A DNA stretch of 64,000 nucleotides, taken from Escherichia phage wV7. The stretch lies in the sequence record NC_019505.1; one strand, given 5' to 3'. The notes under the pieces were generated by a model. That model was not told the DNA's origin. It was given only the letters and a program-made list of their open reading frames with translations, and made no database searches. Shown piece by piece: positions 10,516-20,759 of this stretch (positions are counted from its first letter, which is position 1; every line of letters begins with the position of its first letter). The translations under genes were made by a program, and so were the position numbers.

Positions 10516-11940
10516 TTATGGATAAGTATAGATGATACCAGTTTCTAAAGCAGTTTTATGGATGATGTATCCATTACGTGATTCTTGAACATCAACTTCT
10601 GAATAATCTTTCATCATCTTCTGAAGCGTATAACGATGCAAGTAGTACTTACTATCTGGATCTTCAGTTTTCCAATCTTTACCTTCTTCAGTCATTTTTT
10701 GGATTTCATCCATAACCCACCAACCGCACCAGATATAAGCTGAAGTACGATGTGGAAGAGGATGAACATAAGGCAATTCACCTTCTGGTTCCGGAGCAAC
10801 TTTATCAGTTACCTGAACTTGACCTGTTGTTTTAACTGTTTTACTATCATAGTCGGTTGCTGTAACGACAGCAGTAACTTCAATAGTTTGACTTCCAATA
10901 GATGAGGTGTCAACGGTGTATACGTTAGTTGACCCTTCTACAGGAGAAGAATCTTTCTTCCATGAATAAGTAATTTGTGCTGCTTCAGGTGCTCCAGTAA
11001 CATTAGCCGTAAATGTAGCCGAAGCATCTTGCTGAACGTTAATAGAAGGAGGAGTCAATGTAACCTGTGGATTCATTGTCTTCTTATTAACTGTCAATGA
11101 TACTTCATTAGAAGTAACTTCCTTTTCATTGTAATTTTCTGCAGTTACTTGCGCTACACATTTAATTCTTTTTACTCCACTTGTAGTTGGAGTATAGTTA
11201 AATGTAGAGTTAGTTTCTCCACCAATTTGAGAATCATCTACATACCACTTATATGTAGCAGACGCTCCATCAGGTTGAGAAGCTAAGGCAGCAGTAAATT
11301 GAACTGGAGTTCCAATTACTCCAGCTGAAGGACTATTAGGAGTTACAACTAAAGTAGTCGCTTGGGTTTTCTTGTTAACAGTCAGCGACACTTCGTCAGA
11401 AGTAACGGTCTTTGTATCATAATCTGTCGCAGTTACTTGAGCTACACACTTAATTTTTTTAACTCCGCTTGTGGCAGGAGTATAGTTAAATGTAGCGTCA
11501 GTTGCTTCTCCCACAGGAGAACCGTCGACGTGCCATTGATACGTAGCAGATGCACCTGGCGGCTGTGAATCTAAGGCAGCGGTAAATTGAACAGCTGTTC
11601 CGATTACTCCTTCCGAAGGACTATCAGGAGTTACTGTTATTGTAGTAGTCTGTGTCTTATTTTGAACTGTGATAGTTGTCGTAGCTTCTGCTGTTTCAGG
11701 TTCAGATTCAGATTCTGGAACTGTATTTGTTGCAACGACTTTAATAGTCTTTTGACCGGCAGGTCCTTTTAGTACATAACTAAAAGTTGCTTCAGCTCCA
11801 TCCTGTGGAACATTATCTACACTCCAAGCATAGGTAATAGTTCCACCTTCAGTTTGACCACTGGGTGCAGCAGTAAACTGCTTGGTTTCATCAATAACTC
11901 CTGTTGGGGTTTTAGGAGTTATATCAACTGTAAAAGTCAT
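10516..11940 (-). CDS. hoc: Hoc, head outer capsid decoration protein with four Ig-like domains (474 aa)
   Basis: N-terminus matches recalled T4 Hoc; four repeated ~96-aa Ig-like units then a C-terminal capsid-binding region. Confidence 0.85.
   Translation of the reverse strand: MTFTVDITPKTPTGVIDETKQFTAAPSGQTEGGTITYAWSVDNVPQDGAEATFSYVLKGPAGQKTIKVVATNTVPESESEPETAEATTTITVQNKTQTTTITVTPDSPSEGVIGTAVQFTAALDSQPPGASATYQWHVDGSPVGEATDATFNYTPATSGVKKIKCVAQVTATDYDTKTVTSDEVSLTVNKKTQATTLVVTPNSPSAGVIGTPVQFTAALASQPDGASATYKWYVDDSQIGGETNSTFNYTPTTSGVKRIKCVAQVTAENYNEKEVTSNEVSLTVNKKTMNPQVTLTPPSINVQQDASATFTANVTGAPEAAQITYSWKKDSSPVEGSTNVYTVDTSSIGSQTIEVTAVVTATDYDSKTVKTTGQVQVTDKVAPEPEGELPYVHPLPHRTSAYIWCGWWVMDEIQKMTEEGKDWKTEDPDSKYYLHRYTLQKMMKDYSEVDVQESRNGYIIHKTALETGIIYTYP
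11080..11655 (-). repeat. Tandem direct repeat (2 x ~288 bp) inside hoc encoding Ig-like domains 2 and 3
   Basis: Protein units aa 96-191 and 192-287 are near-identical; the nucleotide units are clearly similar by eye. Confidence 0.75.
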
Positions 11941-11949
11941 AAGTTATCC

Positions 11950-12630
11950 TTATTTTAATGTTACGAAAGAAGAATTGCGTGTTTCACGAATTAGAACTGA
12001 TCCGTCACGATTAATGTAGTAAATTAAGCTAAACAAAGTTTGATGCGCAGACGCATGTTCAAAACTGGTTGGGCGAGATTTCCAATCTGGAGTTTCAGCA
12101 ATCCATTGGTAAATCCACCAAGGAACAGTGCAGAATCCTGGATTTTTTCCAATCAGCTGAAGATTCGGGCTAAAGTTTTCCGGAAGAGTAAATACAGACG
12201 GCTTTTCAGATTCAATAATCTTATCTACAGCTTGTTCAAACTTTTCTTCAACAAAAGGAGTGTCTTCAATCAAAACATCAGTATTTTCAGGAATTTTATC
12301 CGTTTCTACCACTTCAATTTTAATATCAGATTTAACTGGAGAATCAATCAGAAGTGCTGCTTCTGGATTAACTTCTTCATCGTCATATTTTAATCCCTCT
12401 GCAGCATCAGCAGCATCAATTAAGTCTTTAATAGATAACCCATCAGTCTCTGGCATAGGTTCACTAGCGAGCTTCTGGAGGGCTTCTTCAATATCAACAA
12501 CGATATTATCAAAAGATTTATTCTTTTTGACCTTTATACCAAATTGCTCAGCATATTCAGCTAATTTAGCTTTAGCTTCTTTATTATCATCAAGAGCCTT
12601 TAACTCTGCAATATAATCTTTATCTATCAT
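11950..12630 (-). CDS. inh: Inh-like protein, inhibitor of prohead protease (226 aa)
   Basis: Length and position (between hoc and uvsW) match T4 inh; assignment from synteny and length. Confidence 0.65.
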   Translation of the reverse strand: MIDKDYIAELKALDDNKEAKAKLAEYAEQFGIKVKKNKSFDNIVVDIEEALQKLASEPMPETDGLSIKDLIDAADAAEGLKYDDEEVNPEAALLIDSPVKSDIKIEVVETDKIPENTDVLIEDTPFVEEKFEQAVDKIIESEKPSVFTLPENFSPNLQLIGKNPGFCTVPWWIYQWIAETPDWKSRPTSFEHASAHQTLFSLIYYINRDGSVLIRETRNSSFVTLK

Positions 12631-12643
12631 AATATTTCCTCAG

Positions 12644-12651
12644 TATAAATA
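12644..12651 (+). promoter_or_regulatory. T4 late promoter box TATAAATA upstream of uvsW
   Basis: Exact TATAAATA 30 nt upstream of uvsW ATG. Confidence 0.5.
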
Positions 12652-12680
12652 TAGATATATTTATTACATGGTATTTAGAC

Positions 12681-14192
12681 ATGACTGACATTAAAGTACA
12701 TTTTTATGATTTTAGTCACGTGAGAATTGATTGTGAAGAAAGTACATTTCATGAACTCCGTGATTTCTTTAGCTTCGAAGCTGATGGGTATCGTTTTAAT
12801 CCGAAATACAAATATGGCCACTGGGATGGACGAATCCGTCTTTTAGATTATAATCGTCTTCTTCCATTCGGCTTAGTCGGGCAAATTAAAAAGTTCTGTG
12901 ATAACTTTGGCTATAAAGCCTGGATTGACCCACAAATTAACGAAAAAGAAGAATTATCAAGAAAAGATTTTGATGAATGGCTTTCTAAATTAGAAATCTA
13001 TTCAGGAAATAAAAGAATTGAACCACACTGGTATCAAAAAGATGCAGTGTTCGAAGGATTAGTTAATCGTCGTAGAATTCTTAATCTTCCAACATCCGCT
13101 GGTAAATCTTTAATTCAGGCTCTGCTCGCTCGGTATTATTTGGAAAATTACGAAGGTAAAATTCTTATCATTGTTCCAACAACTGCTCTAACAACTCAGA
13201 TGGCTGATGACTTCGTTGACTATCGTTTATTCAGTCATGCAATGATAAAGAAAATTGGTGGCGGAGCATCAAAAGATGATAAATATAAAAATGATGCACC
13301 AGTCGTTGTTGGTACATGGCAAACTGTAGTTAAACAACCAAAAGAATGGTTCTCACAGTTTGGAATGATGATGAATGATGAATGTCATCTTGCTACAGGA
13401 AAAAGTATTTCATCTATCATATCAGGTTTAAATAACTGCATGTTCAAATTTGGTCTATCTGGTTCATTACGTGATGGCAAAGCCAATATCATGCAGTATG
13501 TTGGAATGTTTGGTGAAATATTTAAGCCAGTAACGACTTCTAAGTTAATGGAAGATGGACAAGTAACTGAGCTAAAAATTAATAGTATTTTTCTTCGCTA
13601 TCCCGATGAGTTCACTACTAAATTAAAGGGAAAAACTTATCAAGAAGAAATAAAAATTATTACGGGGCTTAGTAAAAGAAATAAATGGATCGCTAAATTA
13701 GCTATTAAGCTTGCGCAAAAAGATGAAAACGCTTTTGTCATGTTTAAACATGTATCACATGGTAAAGCTATTTTCGATTTAATTAAAAATGAATACGATA
13801 AAGTTTATTACGTATCAGGGGAAGTTGATACCGAAACCCGCAATATAATGAAAACCTTAGCTGAAAATGGTAAAGGAATAATTATAGTAGCTAGTTATGG
13901 TGTATTTTCTACTGGTATTTCAGTTAAAAATCTGCATCACGTTGTTTTAGCGCACGGTGTTAAATCAAAAATCATTGTATTACAAACAATCGGTCGTGTA
14001 TTACGTAAGCATGGTTCTAAGACAATAGCAACAGTCTGGGACCTCATAGATGATTGTGGTGTTAAGCCAAAATCTGCTAATACGAAAAAGAAATATGTTC
14101 ATTTGAACTATCTTTTAAAACACGGCATTGATCGTATTCAGCGCTACGCAGATGAAAAATTTAATTACGTAATGAAAACAGTTAATTTATAA
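12681..14192 (+). CDS. uvsW: UvsW DNA/RNA helicase (503 aa)
   Basis: Walker A-like PTSAGKS, DECH box, SF2 helicase motifs; matches recalled T4 UvsW. Confidence 0.9.
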   Translation: MTDIKVHFYDFSHVRIDCEESTFHELRDFFSFEADGYRFNPKYKYGHWDGRIRLLDYNRLLPFGLVGQIKKFCDNFGYKAWIDPQINEKEELSRKDFDEWLSKLEIYSGNKRIEPHWYQKDAVFEGLVNRRRILNLPTSAGKSLIQALLARYYLENYEGKILIIVPTTALTTQMADDFVDYRLFSHAMIKKIGGGASKDDKYKNDAPVVVGTWQTVVKQPKEWFSQFGMMMNDECHLATGKSISSIISGLNNCMFKFGLSGSLRDGKANIMQYVGMFGEIFKPVTTSKLMEDGQVTELKINSIFLRYPDEFTTKLKGKTYQEEIKIITGLSKRNKWIAKLAIKLAQKDENAFVMFKHVSHGKAIFDLIKNEYDKVYYVSGEVDTETRNIMKTLAENGKGIIIVASYGVFSTGISVKNLHHVVLAHGVKSKIIVLQTIGRVLRKHGSKTIATVWDLIDDCGVKPKSANTKKKYVHLNYLLKHGIDRIQRYADEKFNYVMKTVNL

Positions 14193-14217
14193 GGGCTTCG
14201 GCCCTTTGGAGAAAAAG

Positions 14218-14451
14218 ATGTTACTAGAATTTAAACAATTTCTTTATGAAGCTTCTATTGATGAATTTATGGGTAAAATTGCCTCTTGCCAAACGATAGA
14301 AGGTTTAGAAGAACTTGAAGCTTATTATAAGAAAAGAGTTAAAGAAACTGAATTAAAAGATACTGATGACATCTCTGTGAGAGATGCTTTGGCAGGAAAA
14401 AGAGCTGAATTAGAAGATTCAGACGATGATGAAGTAGAAGAAAGCTTTTAA
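14218..14451 (+). CDS. uvsW.1: UvsW.1-like small acidic protein (77 aa)
   Basis: ORF-track start 14206 is TTG; ATG at 14218 is preceded by GGAG; position and size match T4 UvsW.1. Confidence 0.7.
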   Translation: MLLEFKQFLYEASIDEFMGKIASCQTIEGLEELEAYYKKRVKETELKDTDDISVRDALAGKRAELEDSDDDEVEESF

Positions 14452-14506
14452 ATTAAAAAAGGCCCAACCAAAAAGGAAGGGCCAAAACTATAGACTAAAG
14501 GTCACA

Positions 14507-14674
14507 CTATAGCAAAAGTTGTGTTTCATTTAATTGTTCTTCCGAACTTTCTGAAACTGGTAGTTCTTTAATGTAATTATAGCAAGGCCCAGGATGTACA
14601 GGACCTTTGTCTGTTTCAACAACCAATGCAGAATCGATTGGAGTTTTACAGACAACACAAATCTTATCTGACAT
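14507..14674 (-). CDS. Small hypothetical protein (55 aa) with CxxC...C motif, below the ORF-track size cut-off
   Basis: ATG preceded by GAGGAG; translation MSDKICVVCKTPIDSALVVETDKGPVHPGPCYNY...; late-promoter box upstream at 14700-14707. Confidence 0.45.
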   Translation of the reverse strand: MSDKICVVCKTPIDSALVVETDKGPVHPGPCYNYIKELPVSESSEEQLNETQLLL

Positions 14675-14699
14675 GATTGTCTCCTCTGAATTATATATC

Positions 14700-14707
14700 T
14701 ATTTATA
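14700..14707 (-). promoter_or_regulatory. T4 late promoter box TATAAATA (minus strand)
   Basis: Reverse complement reads TATAAATA about 25 nt upstream of the 55-aa ORF start. Confidence 0.4.
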
Positions 14708-14797
14708 ACCCCATCTTAAAGCGCATTTCTTGTACAAGCTTTAAACATGCTTCCATTTCTGCTAAAAGTCTAAATACTTCTTTATAATTTGTCATAT

Positions 14798-15025
14798 TTA
14801 CCCCATATCTCTCATATGCATATCAATGCCCATATCTTTAGAATAAAAATATTCATCAAGATATCCGGCAAATTTTCCTTTAATATAAAGGACATCTTCA
14901 CCACACGGGTGGTCGGCCAGGATACGAATATCCTGACGCTTAAGATTATGCTTTTTCATTAAGAATTGAATTTCCGTTTCAAATTCTTCTTCATAATTAA
15001 AAGCGTCATCAATGTTATATCTCAT
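14798..15025 (-). CDS. Hypothetical protein (75 aa, uvsY.-1-like position)
   Basis: ATG overlaps uvsY stop (TAATG), suggesting translational coupling. Confidence 0.6.
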   Translation of the reverse strand: MRYNIDDAFNYEEEFETEIQFLMKKHNLKRQDIRILADHPCGEDVLYIKGKFAGYLDEYFYSKDMGIDMHMRDMG

Positions 15026-15438
15026 TATTTTCCAGCCTCAAATGCCCGCATGTCTTGAATATGCTTAATAGCAAATCCTCGTGATTTGATAGCATCAAGA
15101 GCTCCGCTACAGAAATCTAATAAAATTCCCCAATATTGTAATGAAGTATCAACCTTTAAAACATCCTTATCAGCTGATAGAACTGTTTTCATTTCTGATT
15201 TCTCGTAACGATCCATACTAAATTCATCACCATCTCCTCGTCCCGAGTAGTAGTCTAATTTAGCTTTAAGAGCAACTTTTTTCTGTGCTTCAATTCTAAG
15301 CATTTCCTTTTTAATACTTGAATGCTTATTAAGCCATTTACTATATAACATCACATTATTAGCTGCTTCATACTGTAATTTAGTCGAATCTATAAACACA
15401 TCTTTCTTCAATTCTTCTTGAAGATCTTCTAATCTCAT
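15025..15438 (-). CDS. uvsY: UvsY recombination mediator (137 aa)
   Basis: Length 137 aa and sequence consistent with recalled T4 UvsY; middle promoter directly upstream. Confidence 0.9.
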   Translation of the reverse strand: MRLEDLQEELKKDVFIDSTKLQYEAANNVMLYSKWLNKHSSIKKEMLRIEAQKKVALKAKLDYYSGRGDGDEFSMDRYEKSEMKTVLSADKDVLKVDTSLQYWGILLDFCSGALDAIKSRGFAIKHIQDMRAFEAGK

Positions 15439-15478
15439 ATTGTTCTCTATTCAATTGTTATTGGATGGACTTAGATTC

Positions 15479-15506
15479 ATTATACCACGTTTATACGTGA
15501 AGCATT
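15479..15506 (-). promoter_or_regulatory. MotA-dependent middle promoter upstream of uvsY (ori(uvsY)/oriF-type)
   Basis: Transcribed strand reads aaTGCTTCA, 13-nt spacer, TATAAT, matching the T4 middle promoter architecture. Confidence 0.65.
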
Positions 15507-15903
15507 ATACTCTATTACTGGAAGCCAGTTGTAGTTTTATCTGCTCAATATCATCAGGGTTATCGATGACTGAAAAGCGTATTTCTACTATCAAAGTATA
15601 ATCATCATAAACCGGTATTACATTAACTGCTAATTTATCAATACGTGGCTCATAGTTTCTTACTGCGCTTTCGATATTACGCTCAACCGTGTCAGCAGTA
15701 AGAGGAGTCATATTCTCAAAAAGTTGGTCAGATAAATCGCATCCAAATTCAGGGTCAAACGGTCTTGAACCTTTTCTTGTTGTAATAATTCCTAAAAGAC
15801 TATTTTTAATTGACCTTAATCCAAGTGATCTTGAAACGTCTTTGTTCCAATCCATTTTCATCTCTGGGTCAATATCAGAATAAAGCTTATTAATATTTGC
15901 CAT
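15505..15903 (-). CDS. 25: Baseplate wedge protein gp25 (132 aa)
   Basis: Length and sequence consistent with T4 gp25; synteny with 26/51. Confidence 0.9.
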   Translation of the reverse strand: MANINKLYSDIDPEMKMDWNKDVSRSLGLRSIKNSLLGIITTRKGSRPFDPEFGCDLSDQLFENMTPLTADTVERNIESAVRNYEPRIDKLAVNVIPVYDDYTLIVEIRFSVIDNPDDIEQIKLQLASSNRV

Positions 15904-16529
15904 TACAATAGCTCAAAGAATTCTTTGAGTCCTCTTATTACATGAGCGTGGGTTTTTCCACACTCTGGGCACTTAATTGGAACAGCCAAATAAACAGTAG
16001 GCTTTAAAAGCATATCTTTTATAGCTACAATATCTGACTCTGTGATGATAGAATATAAATCTTCCAATTCTTTTTCATTTAAGTCTTCAACTGGAATGCT
16101 TTCACCGTTAGCATGAATCGTTTCTATACATGATACTATCATGTGGGCTATATTTTTATCATCAAAAATTTTAGGGTAATGGAATTTAATTTTAATGTCA
16201 CCCAGTGTATACCAGAGGTCTTCTGGTGCATCTATTTGTGTATGTAATAGATTTATATGGGTTGGTATTTCAGTTCCACAGGTGCACTTCCAGGAGTTTT
16301 CGTGATTAACTTCTCCAAGAGAATGCGCCCATAAATGAATCAGTAATAGTTCTGATTCTTGGCGGTTTAAATCTTTTGCATTTGTGCAGTCTTTGATTAG
16401 CTTTTTAACAATTACTTCTACGGAACCATTATTTTTGGCAGTAATAAGTTCTAGATATTCTTTAAGAGTAAATGCGCGACAGTTGATTATTTTAGAACCA
16501 ACTCTCACGTCAAATTTGTATTCATACAT
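15903..16529 (-). CDS. 26: Baseplate hub protein gp26 (208 aa)
   Basis: Length 208 aa as T4 gp26; Cys/His-rich segments; stop overlaps gp25 start. Confidence 0.85.
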   Translation of the reverse strand: MYEYKFDVRVGSKIINCRAFTLKEYLELITAKNNGSVEVIVKKLIKDCTNAKDLNRQESELLLIHLWAHSLGEVNHENSWKCTCGTEIPTHINLLHTQIDAPEDLWYTLGDIKIKFHYPKIFDDKNIAHMIVSCIETIHANGESIPVEDLNEKELEDLYSIITESDIVAIKDMLLKPTVYLAVPIKCPECGKTHAHVIRGLKEFFELL

Positions 16530-16550
16530 ATTTAGCTCCTTTATTTATCA

Positions 16551-16562
16551 TATTTATAAATA
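16551..16562. promoter_or_regulatory. Overlapping divergent late promoters for genes 26 and 51
   Basis: Palindromic TATTTATAAATA reads TATAAATA on both strands between the divergent 26 and 51 starts. Confidence 0.55.
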
Positions 16563-16579
16563 GAATAAAAGGAGCATCT

Positions 16580-17332
16580 ATGGCAAACATTATTCGTTGT
16601 AAATTACCTGATGGTGTTCATCGTTTTAAACCATTTACGGTAGAAGATTATCGAGATTTTTTGTTAGTTCGAAACGATATAGAACATCGGTCACCACAAG
16701 AACAAAAAGAAGTAATTGCTGATTTAATTGCTGATTATTTTGGAGACTATCCAAAGACTTGGCAACCATTTATATTTTTGCAGGTATTTGTAGGGTCAAT
16801 AGGTAAAACTAAAGTACCAGTCACATTTGTATGTCCAAAATGTAAAAAAGAAAAGACAGTTCCATTTGAAATATATCAAAAAGAATTAAAGGAACCTATT
16901 TTTGATGTAGCTAATGTTAAAATTAAATTAAATTTTCCTTCTGAGTTTTATGAAAATAAAGCAAAGATGATTACTGAAAATATTCATTCTGTTCAAGTCG
17001 ATGAAATGTGGTATGATTGGAAGGAAATTAGTGAATCAAGTCAAATAGAACTTGTTGACGCCATCGAGATAGAAACATTAGAAAAAATTCTCGATGCAAT
17101 GAATCCTATTAATTTAACATTGCACATGTCGTGTTGTGATAAGTACATTAAAAAATACACTGATATAGTAGATGTGTTTAAGCTATTAGTTAATCCAGAT
17201 GAGATATTTACTTTTTATCAAATTAATCACACGCTTGTAAAAAGTAATTATAGCTTAAATTCAATAATGAAAATGATTCCTGCCGAGCGCGGATTCGTAT
17301 TAAAACTGATTGAGAAGGATAAACATCAATGA
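16580..17332 (+). CDS. 51: Baseplate hub assembly catalyst gp51 (250 aa)
   Basis: GGAG SD then ATG; length matches T4 gp51; divergent from gene 26. Confidence 0.85.
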   Translation: MANIIRCKLPDGVHRFKPFTVEDYRDFLLVRNDIEHRSPQEQKEVIADLIADYFGDYPKTWQPFIFLQVFVGSIGKTKVPVTFVCPKCKKEKTVPFEIYQKELKEPIFDVANVKIKLNFPSEFYENKAKMITENIHSVQVDEMWYDWKEISESSQIELVDAIEIETLEKILDAMNPINLTLHMSCCDKYIKKYTDIVDVFKLLVNPDEIFTFYQINHTLVKSNYSLNSIMKMIPAERGFVLKLIEKDKHQ

Positions 17333-18501
17333 GTATGTTACAACGTCCTGGATATCCAAATCTCAGCGTTAAATTATTTGAGAGTTATGACGCTTGGAGT
17401 AATAATAGATTTGTTGAATTAGCTGCTACTATTACCACATTAACTATGCGTGACTCTCTTTATGGTCGAAATGAAGGAATGCTACAATTTTATGATTCTA
17501 AAAACATTCATACAAAAATGGATGGAAATGAAATAATTCAGATTTCTGTAGCTAATGCAAACGATATTAATAATGTTAAAACCCGAATTTATGGATGCAA
17601 GCATTTTTCCGTGTCAGTAGATTCAAAAGGCGATAACATCATTGCTATTGAATTAGGAACTATTCATTCTATAGAAAATCTTAAATTTGGTAGACCATTT
17701 TTCCCTGATGCCGGTGAATCTATAAAGGAAATGCTTGGCGTAATTTATCAAGATCGTACATTATTAACTCCAGCGATAAATGCTATTAATGCTTATGTTC
17801 CTGATATTCCATGGACTAGCACATTTGAAAACTATTTGTCATATGTAAGAGAAGTTGCTCTAGCGGTAGGAAGCGATAAGTTCGTATTTGTATGGCAAGA
17901 CATCATGGGAGTTAACATGATGGACTATGATATGATGATAAATCAAGAACCATATCCAATGATTGTAGGTGAGCCAACTTTAATAGGTCAATTCGTCCAA
18001 GAATTGAAATATCCATTAGCATATGATTTTGTTTGGTTGACTAAATCAAACCCGCATAAACGCGATCCAATGAAAAATGCTACTATCTATGCTCATTCAT
18101 TTTTAGATTCTTCATTACCAATGATTACTACAGGAAAGGGTGAAAACTCTATTGTAGTGTCAAGGTCAGGTGCTTATTCTGAAATGACTTATAGAAATGG
18201 ATATGAAGAAGCTATTCGTCTTCAGACTATGGCGCAGTATGATGGTTACGCTAAATGTTCTACTGTCGGTAATTTTAACTTGACTCCTGGCGTTAAAATT
18301 ATTTTTAATGATAGTAAAAACCAATTTAAAACAGAATTTTACGTTGATGAAGTTATTCACGAATTATCAAATAATAATTCCGTAACTCATCTTTATATGT
18401 TCACTAATGCAACGAAACTGGAAACAATCGACCCAGTTAAGGTTAAAAATGAATTTAAAACTGATACTACCACTGAAGAAAGTAGTTCTTCCGATAAGTA
18501 A
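17329..18501 (+). CDS. 27: Baseplate hub protein gp27 (390 aa)
   Basis: Start overlaps gp51 stop (ATGA); length as T4 gp27. Confidence 0.9.
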   Translation: MSMLQRPGYPNLSVKLFESYDAWSNNRFVELAATITTLTMRDSLYGRNEGMLQFYDSKNIHTKMDGNEIIQISVANANDINNVKTRIYGCKHFSVSVDSKGDNIIAIELGTIHSIENLKFGRPFFPDAGESIKEMLGVIYQDRTLLTPAINAINAYVPDIPWTSTFENYLSYVREVALAVGSDKFVFVWQDIMGVNMMDYDMMINQEPYPMIVGEPTLIGQFVQELKYPLAYDFVWLTKSNPHKRDPMKNATIYAHSFLDSSLPMITTGKGENSIVVSRSGAYSEMTYRNGYEEAIRLQTMAQYDGYAKCSTVGNFNLTPGVKIIFNDSKNQFKTEFYVDEVIHELSNNNSVTHLYMFTNATKLETIDPVKVKNEFKTDTTTEESSSSDK

Positions 18502-18982
18502 TAAAGAGGTTTCTATTCCTAAGATGGGTCTTAAACATTATAACATTTTAAAAGATGTTAAAGGTCCTGATGAAAATTTAAAGCTTCTTATTGATTCTAT
18601 TTGTCCAAATTTATCACCGGCAGAAGTTGATTTCGTTTCTATTCATTTGCTAGAATTTAATGGAAAGATTAAATCTCGTAAAGAAATAGATGGTTATACT
18701 TATGATATTAATGACGTTTATGTATGCCAAAGATTGGAATTTCAATACCAAGGAAATACATTTTATTTTAGACCTCCTGGAAAATTTGAACAATTTTTAA
18801 CTGTAAGCGATATGTTATCCAAATGCTTGCTTAAGGTCAATGATGAAGTTAAAGAAATTAATTTTCTTGAGATGCCAGCATTTGTTTTAAAATGGGCAAA
18901 TGATATTTCTACAACTTTAGCAATTCCTGGCCCTAATGGTCCAATAACCGGAATTGGCAATATTATTGGATTATTTGAATGA
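18449..18982 (+). CDS. 28: Baseplate hub distal protein gp28 (177 aa if started at 18449)
   Basis: In-frame ATGs at 18407, 18449 and 18524; 18449 reproduces the 177-aa length I recall for T4 gp28 but overlaps gp27 by 53 nt. Start uncertain. Confidence 0.7.
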   Translation: MNLKLILPLKKVVLPISNKEVSIPKMGLKHYNILKDVKGPDENLKLLIDSICPNLSPAEVDFVSIHLLEFNGKIKSRKEIDGYTYDINDVYVCQRLEFQYQGNTFYFRPPGKFEQFLTVSDMLSKCLLKVNDEVKEINFLEMPAFVLKWANDISTTLAIPGPNGPITGIGNIIGLFE

Positions 18983-20751
18983 AAAAGCCACAAGAAATGC
19001 AAACGATGCGTAGAAAAGTTATTTCAGATAATAAACCAACACAGGAAGCGGCTAAATCCGCTTCTAATACTTTATCTGGTCTTAATGACATTTCTACAAA
19101 ATTAGATGATGCTCAAGCTGCTTCTGAATTAATAGCTCAGACTGTTGAAGAAAAATCAAATGAAATAGTTGGAGCAATTGATAACGTTGAAAGCGCAGTA
19201 AGTGATACTACTGCCGGTTCTGAGTTAATTGCTGAAACTGTTGAAATTGGAAACAATATTAATAAAGAAATCGGTGAATCGCTCGGAAGCAAATTAGATA
19301 AATTAACAAGTTTACTGGAACAAAAAATTCAGACAGCTGGAATTCAGCAAACTGGAACGAGTTTAGCAGTAGTCGAAAATGCTATTCCTGTTAAAGTCGT
19401 CGAGGATGATACAGCTGAATCTGTGGGTCCTTTATTACCGGCTCCTGAAGCAGTTAATAATGATCCTGATGCTGATTTTTTCCCTACTCCTCAGCCAATT
19501 GAACCAAAACAAGAGTCTCCAGAAGAGAAGCAAAAAAGAGACGCATTTAACTTAAAATTATCTCAAGCTTTAGATAAATTAACAAAGACAGTTGATTTCG
19601 GATTTAAGAAATCTATTTCAATTACTGATAAAATATCTAGTATGCTATTTAAGTATACCGTCAGTGCTGCTATTGAAGCTGCTAAAATGGTTGCATTGAT
19701 AATGGCTGTTGTTATTGGAATAGACCTGCTGATGGTTCATTTTAAATACTGGTCAGATAAATTTTCAAAAGCCTGGGATTTATTTAGCACTGATTTTACT
19801 AAATTCTCTAGCGAAACCGGAACATGGGGTCCTTTATTACAGAGCATCTTTGATTCTATTGATGAAATTAAAAAGTTCTGGGAAGCTGGAGATTGGGGCG
19901 GATTAACAGTAGCTATTATTGAAGGGCTTGGAAGTGTTCTTTATAATTTAGGAGAGCTTATTCAATTAGGTATGGCTAAATTATCTGCAGCAATTCTTCG
20001 AGTCATTCCTGGCATGAAGGATACTGCTGATGAAGTAGAAGGAAGAGCATTAGAAAATTTCCAAAATTCTACTGGAGCATCTCTTAATAAAGAAGACCAA
20101 GAAAAAGTAGCAAATTATCAAGATAAACGAATGAATGATGATCTTGGCCCAATAGCAAAAGGATTAGACAAAATTGCGAACTGGAAAACTCGTGCATCTA
20201 ACTGGATTCGTGGTGTAGATAATAAAGAAGCATTGACTACTGACGAAGAACGTGCAGCAGAAGAAGAAAAATTAAAACAACTTTCACCGGAAGAAAGAAA
20301 AAATGCTTTAATGAAAGCTAATGAAGCTCGTGCTGCGATGATTCGTTTTGAAAAATACGCTGATTCAGCTGATATGAGCAAAGACTCGACAGTTAAATCA
20401 ATTGAAGCTGCTCATGAAGACCTTAAAAAACGAATGAATGATCCGGATTTAAATAATTCACCAGCAGTTAAAAAAGAACTTGCTTCTAGATTTGCTAAAA
20501 TTGATGCCACTTATCAAGAGCTCAAGAAAAATCAACCTGAAGCAAAACCTGAAACTTCTGCTAAATCACCAGAAGCAAAACAGGTCCAGGTGATTGAAAA
20601 GAACAAAGCACAACAAGCTCCTGTTCAACAAGCATCTCCTTCAATCAATAATACTAATAATGTTATTAAGAAAAATACTGTCGTTCATAATATGACACCT
20701 GTCACAAGCACAACTGCTCCTGGTGTATTTGGTGCGACGGGAGTTAATTAA
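18979..20751 (+). CDS. 29: Tail tube tape-measure protein gp29 (590 aa)
   Basis: Length 590 aa as T4 gp29; start overlaps gp28 stop. Confidence 0.9.
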   Translation: MKKPQEMQTMRRKVISDNKPTQEAAKSASNTLSGLNDISTKLDDAQAASELIAQTVEEKSNEIVGAIDNVESAVSDTTAGSELIAETVEIGNNINKEIGESLGSKLDKLTSLLEQKIQTAGIQQTGTSLAVVENAIPVKVVEDDTAESVGPLLPAPEAVNNDPDADFFPTPQPIEPKQESPEEKQKRDAFNLKLSQALDKLTKTVDFGFKKSISITDKISSMLFKYTVSAAIEAAKMVALIMAVVIGIDLLMVHFKYWSDKFSKAWDLFSTDFTKFSSETGTWGPLLQSIFDSIDEIKKFWEAGDWGGLTVAIIEGLGSVLYNLGELIQLGMAKLSAAILRVIPGMKDTADEVEGRALENFQNSTGASLNKEDQEKVANYQDKRMNDDLGPIAKGLDKIANWKTRASNWIRGVDNKEALTTDEERAAEEEKLKQLSPEERKNALMKANEARAAMIRFEKYADSADMSKDSTVKSIEAAHEDLKKRMNDPDLNNSPAVKKELASRFAKIDATYQELKKNQPEAKPETSAKSPEAKQVQVIEKNKAQQAPVQQASPSINNTNNVIKKNTVVHNMTPVTSTTAPGVFGATGVN

Positions 20752-20759
20752 GGAATAAT

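Noticed and set aside
12040-12616. Two plus-strand ORFs (117 and 118 aa) antisense to inh
   Set aside because: Overlapping antisense frames with low-complexity translations; inh on the minus strand fits T4 synteny.
14461-14483. GGCCC...GGGCC inverted repeat after uvsW.1 as a terminator
   Set aside because: 13-nt loop and no clear U-tract; too weak to call.
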